Sequence record: MN850584.1
DNA length: 64,000 nucleotides
Origin: Escherichia phage arall
Strand: one strand, 5' to 3'
In this document: piece by piece, positions 61,504 to 64,000 of the stretch
How the letters are laid out: the number at the start of each line of letters is the position of its first letter
Position numbering within the stretch: the stretch's first letter is position 1
Position numbers and translations under genes: made by a program
The notes under the pieces: generated by a model
Told to the model about the DNA's origin: nothing
Databases searched by the model: none
What the model saw: only the letters and a program-made list of their open reading frames with translations

Positions 61504-62055
61504 ATGCAAAACACCAATCTGACTTGGATAGAAGCCAAAGAAGCAATGTTAAAAGGCAAACGCGTTAAACATAAATACTTTTGCGAAGGAGAATGGTTTG
61601 AAATGCGTAACCGATCCCTTGTAGATGAAAAAGGGAATGACATGGAACAATGGTTCAAAAATGAAATTTGGCAGGGGACAGGTTGGTCTATAGTTGAAGA
61701 GCAGCCTAGCCCAAGCGCACTGTTTAGCCCTATTATGTATCGCGTTATCGGTGCTTTAGTTGTTGATCACGGAATTGCAGTGGAAAAAGAATGCTGGGAA
61801 AAGGTATCTTTTTTCAACCTGGCTTCTTATGCAAAAAGCCATATGCACTTGTTTGAAGAAGGGGATGAATTTGTTCTTCGTATGCGATATGGCAAAGAAT
61901 TCAGATTACCACTTGATAATGATGTAGACACTGTTGTAAAATGGTTAGCAGAGCATTACGCTTACGATGCAATTTGTGGTCGCAGCTTCGGCAACGAACG
62001 CTGGGACATGATTTGTGAAAAATATGATTTTGAGCCAGAGTACGGAGTTTTATAA
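61504..62055 (+). CDS. hypothetical protein
   Basis: 183 aa from ATG at 61504 (GAGAGGAG RBS); the longer ORF-track start would precede the promoter. Confidence 0.45.
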   Translation: MQNTNLTWIEAKEAMLKGKRVKHKYFCEGEWFEMRNRSLVDEKGNDMEQWFKNEIWQGTGWSIVEEQPSPSALFSPIMYRVIGALVVDHGIAVEKECWEKVSFFNLASYAKSHMHLFEEGDEFVLRMRYGKEFRLPLDNDVDTVVKWLAEHYAYDAICGRSFGNERWDMICEKYDFEPEYGVL

Positions 62056-62306
62056 TGTTAAGTATCAAACCTAAAATGATAACAGAAGACGAAGCAGACT
62101 TTATTTTCAAATGTGGACGTGTATGGAGAGAATTCACAAAAGGGAATGAAGTGGTTGTTGTTGTCGAACACAAGATATCTATCCAGGATCTGTTTGGACA
62201 ATATGTTGATGTTATTAAATTAGGTATTGACAAGGGTTTAGTTGAGGTGTTAACATTAGATCAAGTTGAAGCAGAGCACCTCGATAAAGTGGTGGTTGAA
62301 TTTTAA
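62055..62306 (+). CDS. hypothetical protein
   Basis: 83 aa acidic ORF; ATGA-type overlap. Confidence 0.4.
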   Translation: MLSIKPKMITEDEADFIFKCGRVWREFTKGNEVVVVVEHKISIQDLFGQYVDVIKLGIDKGLVEVLTLDQVEAEHLDKVVVEF

Positions 62307-62326
62307 AATACAGACGGGAGAAAGGT

Positions 62327-62500
62327 ATGAGTTTCTTTGTTACAGTATTTATGGCTATCTGGATTGTAGTCTCACTCGTTCTTTTCCTGGTGGGTTGTCT
62401 GGAAGAGATTAAGAAAGCGGTTATTTGCGGTTTCTTTGGCTTTATTATCTCTCCTGCCTGGATGTGGTTCTTCATTATGATTGGTTTCCTTAAAAGGTAA
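62327..62500 (+). CDS. small two-TM membrane protein (below ORF-track size cutoff)
   Basis: 57 aa (MSFFVTVFMAIWIVVSLVLFLVGC…); GGGAGAAAGG RBS. Confidence 0.4.
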   Translation: MSFFVTVFMAIWIVVSLVLFLVGCLEEIKKAVICGFFGFIISPAWMWFFIMIGFLKR

Positions 62501-62514
62501 GTGAGGAATAAAGA

Positions 62515-62952
62515 ATGAGTAAAACAAACGCAATCGCAGATAAAGCAACGGATGTACTTCTGAACATGGTTAACGTCACTATTCAAACAATGAGTGATGT
62601 TGTGGAGTTTGGAAAACAACAAATTCCAGAAGTAATCCATCAATTATTAGTGTGGAAAGCAGTATCCGCAGGTTTATGGCAACTTTTTAGTATTTGCTTT
62701 ATGTTTATTACTTTTATTGCTGTGCGGAACCTCGTAAAAGCAATTAAAGATAAAGAATGCCTGTGGTCACGAGATCGCTATGGTGAAGTATCTGCTTTAC
62801 CTATTGTTGGTCTTGTTGTCTGTGCTTTCTTTTTCTTTTTAGGATTTGTTATTTTCTTTTCGAATTTTGATTGGCTAAAAATTATTATTGCACCAAAAGT
62901 GTATCTGATTGAATTTGCTGCTGATTTAATTCGTTCATCTCAACAAAGATAA
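62515..62952 (+). CDS. membrane protein
   Basis: 145 aa; GAGGAA RBS; two long hydrophobic helices. Confidence 0.45.
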   Translation: MSKTNAIADKATDVLLNMVNVTIQTMSDVVEFGKQQIPEVIHQLLVWKAVSAGLWQLFSICFMFITFIAVRNLVKAIKDKECLWSRDRYGEVSALPIVGLVVCAFFFFLGFVIFFSNFDWLKIIIAPKVYLIEFAADLIRSSQQR

Positions 62953-62964
62953 AAGGGGGTTAAA

Positions 62965-64000
62965 ATGAAATACACGATTTATGGTGATATTGTAAGTGTA
63001 AATAAAGATATGGGCGTGGAATCTAACTATCTTCCACCTGGATTCTATACTGTTAGTCGTGATCCCCTTGGCAATTACTTTTTAAGCCGTGGTAATCTAA
63101 CAGGTGTACCGGATGTTCTGTATGGTGAAACAGAAAAACGAGCAAATCACGTTATTCGTACATTCCATCGCCGGAGTGCACAAGGTAAAAATACAGGTTT
63201 GCTCCTGACAGGAACTAAGGGCAGTGGTAAAACTATGTTAGCCAAACTCATTAGTCGTGACCTTGTAGAAGAAGGTATTCCAACTATTATGGTTACTCAA
63301 GCCTACAGTGATGCTAATTTCATTGAACTTATTAGCAAGATCACAGACAAAGCAGTCATTATTTTTGACGAGTTTGATAAAGTATATGAGAAGAAACAAG
63401 ATCAAGAAGCACTTCTCACTTTGTTAGATGGTACTGGCAGTGGTAATAAACTGTTTATTCTGACTAAAAACAGTGGTTTTATCTCTGAATTCTTTTTAAA
63501 TCGTCCTAGTCGTGTGTTTTATAATTTTAATTATGATAAAATCTCACTAGAAACTATGATTGACTATTTAGATAAAAACCTGGATAACAAAGCACACTTT
63601 GATAATTTCCAAAGACTTTGGGATGTAAGTTTAGAGTTGTCCTTTGATGTGATCCAAGGTATAGTAGAAGAACTTAATTTCTATCCTGATTTATCCTTTA
63701 AAGAATGCATCTCTATGATGGGCGTTTCTTTGGGTGGTGGTAATAAATGGGATATCAGCAGCGTTGTTATTAATGGAAAACTTCAGAAAGTTAGCTGGGT
63801 ATCTAGTTGGCATAACTTCACACCTGCAATCTTTTTAGGTGGTTCGTGCACACTAGACGTGTACTTGTCATCTCCAAGTGATGCAGACTCTAAAGAAGCC
63901 CTTGCTAATAGCTCTTACGTGGTTTTTGATGATGAAGGCGATGCTCGAATTCCATTGAATGCGACAAAAATGAAAGCAGATCTTATTACAGGCGGTAAAA
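62965..64000 (+). CDS. classic-clade AAA ATPase, copy 2 (partial, runs off window end)
   Basis: ATG at 62965 after AAGGGGG; Walker A GTKGSGKT, Walker B IIFDEFDK, TKN sensor, FLNRPSRVF; aligns along its length with 45786-46946. Confidence 0.6.
   Translation, partial: MKYTIYGDIVSVNKDMGVESNYLPPGFYTVSRDPLGNYFLSRGNLTGVPDVLYGETEKRANHVIRTFHRRSAQGKNTGLLLTGTKGSGKTMLAKLISRDLVEEGIPTIMVTQAYSDANFIELISKITDKAVIIFDEFDKVYEKKQDQEALLTLLDGTGSGNKLFILTKNSGFISEFFLNRPSRVFYNFNYDKISLETMIDYLDKNLDNKAHFDNFQRLWDVSLELSFDVIQGIVEELNFYPDLSFKECISMMGVSLGGGNKWDISSVVINGKLQKVSWVSSWHNFTPAIFLGGSCTLDVYLSSPSDADSKEALANSSYVVFDDEGDARIPLNATKMKADLITGGK

Noticed and set aside
1-64000. Temperate-phage or prophage interpretation
   Set aside because: No integrase, excisionase, CI-like repressor or attachment-site repeats were recognised in the window; the content (own polymerase, primase-helicase, RNR, homing elements) fits a virulent phage, though lysogeny genes could lie outside the window.

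Overview
This window reads as about 64 kb of a virulent tailed dsDNA phage genome; I found no integrase, repressor, rRNA, tRNA or CRISPR array by eye. Layout: a + strand tail/baseplate/receptor-binding module (1-21876) meets a long - strand block (21912-61384) at a bidirectional terminator; a divergent switch near 61.4 kb starts a short + strand cluster that runs off the window. The - strand block holds family A DNA polymerase, T7-type primase-helicase, an SF1 helicase, anaerobic RNR (nrdD/nrdG), a DNA methyltransferase, four glycosyltransferase-like genes, a secreted SleB-like hydrolase and many small unknown genes. Three self-splicing or homing elements are visible: a group I intron with an HNH endonuclease ORF splitting nrdD, an intein inside helicase motif III, and a free-standing AP2/HNH-type endonuclease next to the polymerase gene. 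The most unusual content is an accessory island at about 35.4-45.4 kb: a Ter-type stress-response set (TerD, TerD-vWA, TelA-like, lipoprotein, TerC) followed by a TARG1/DarG-like macro-domain protein, a PRTase-like protein and a HAD phosphatase. Two paralogous classic AAA ATPases sit 16 kb apart in opposite orientation. Strong AGGAGG-type ribosome-binding sites, an XkdS-like baseplate protein and a yce-like Ter gene set suggest a low-GC Firmicute (Bacillus-like) host, but that is inference. All calls are from manual reading of the sequence and ORF translations; no database search was run, so product names rest on motifs recalled from memory and need HMM or structure confirmation.
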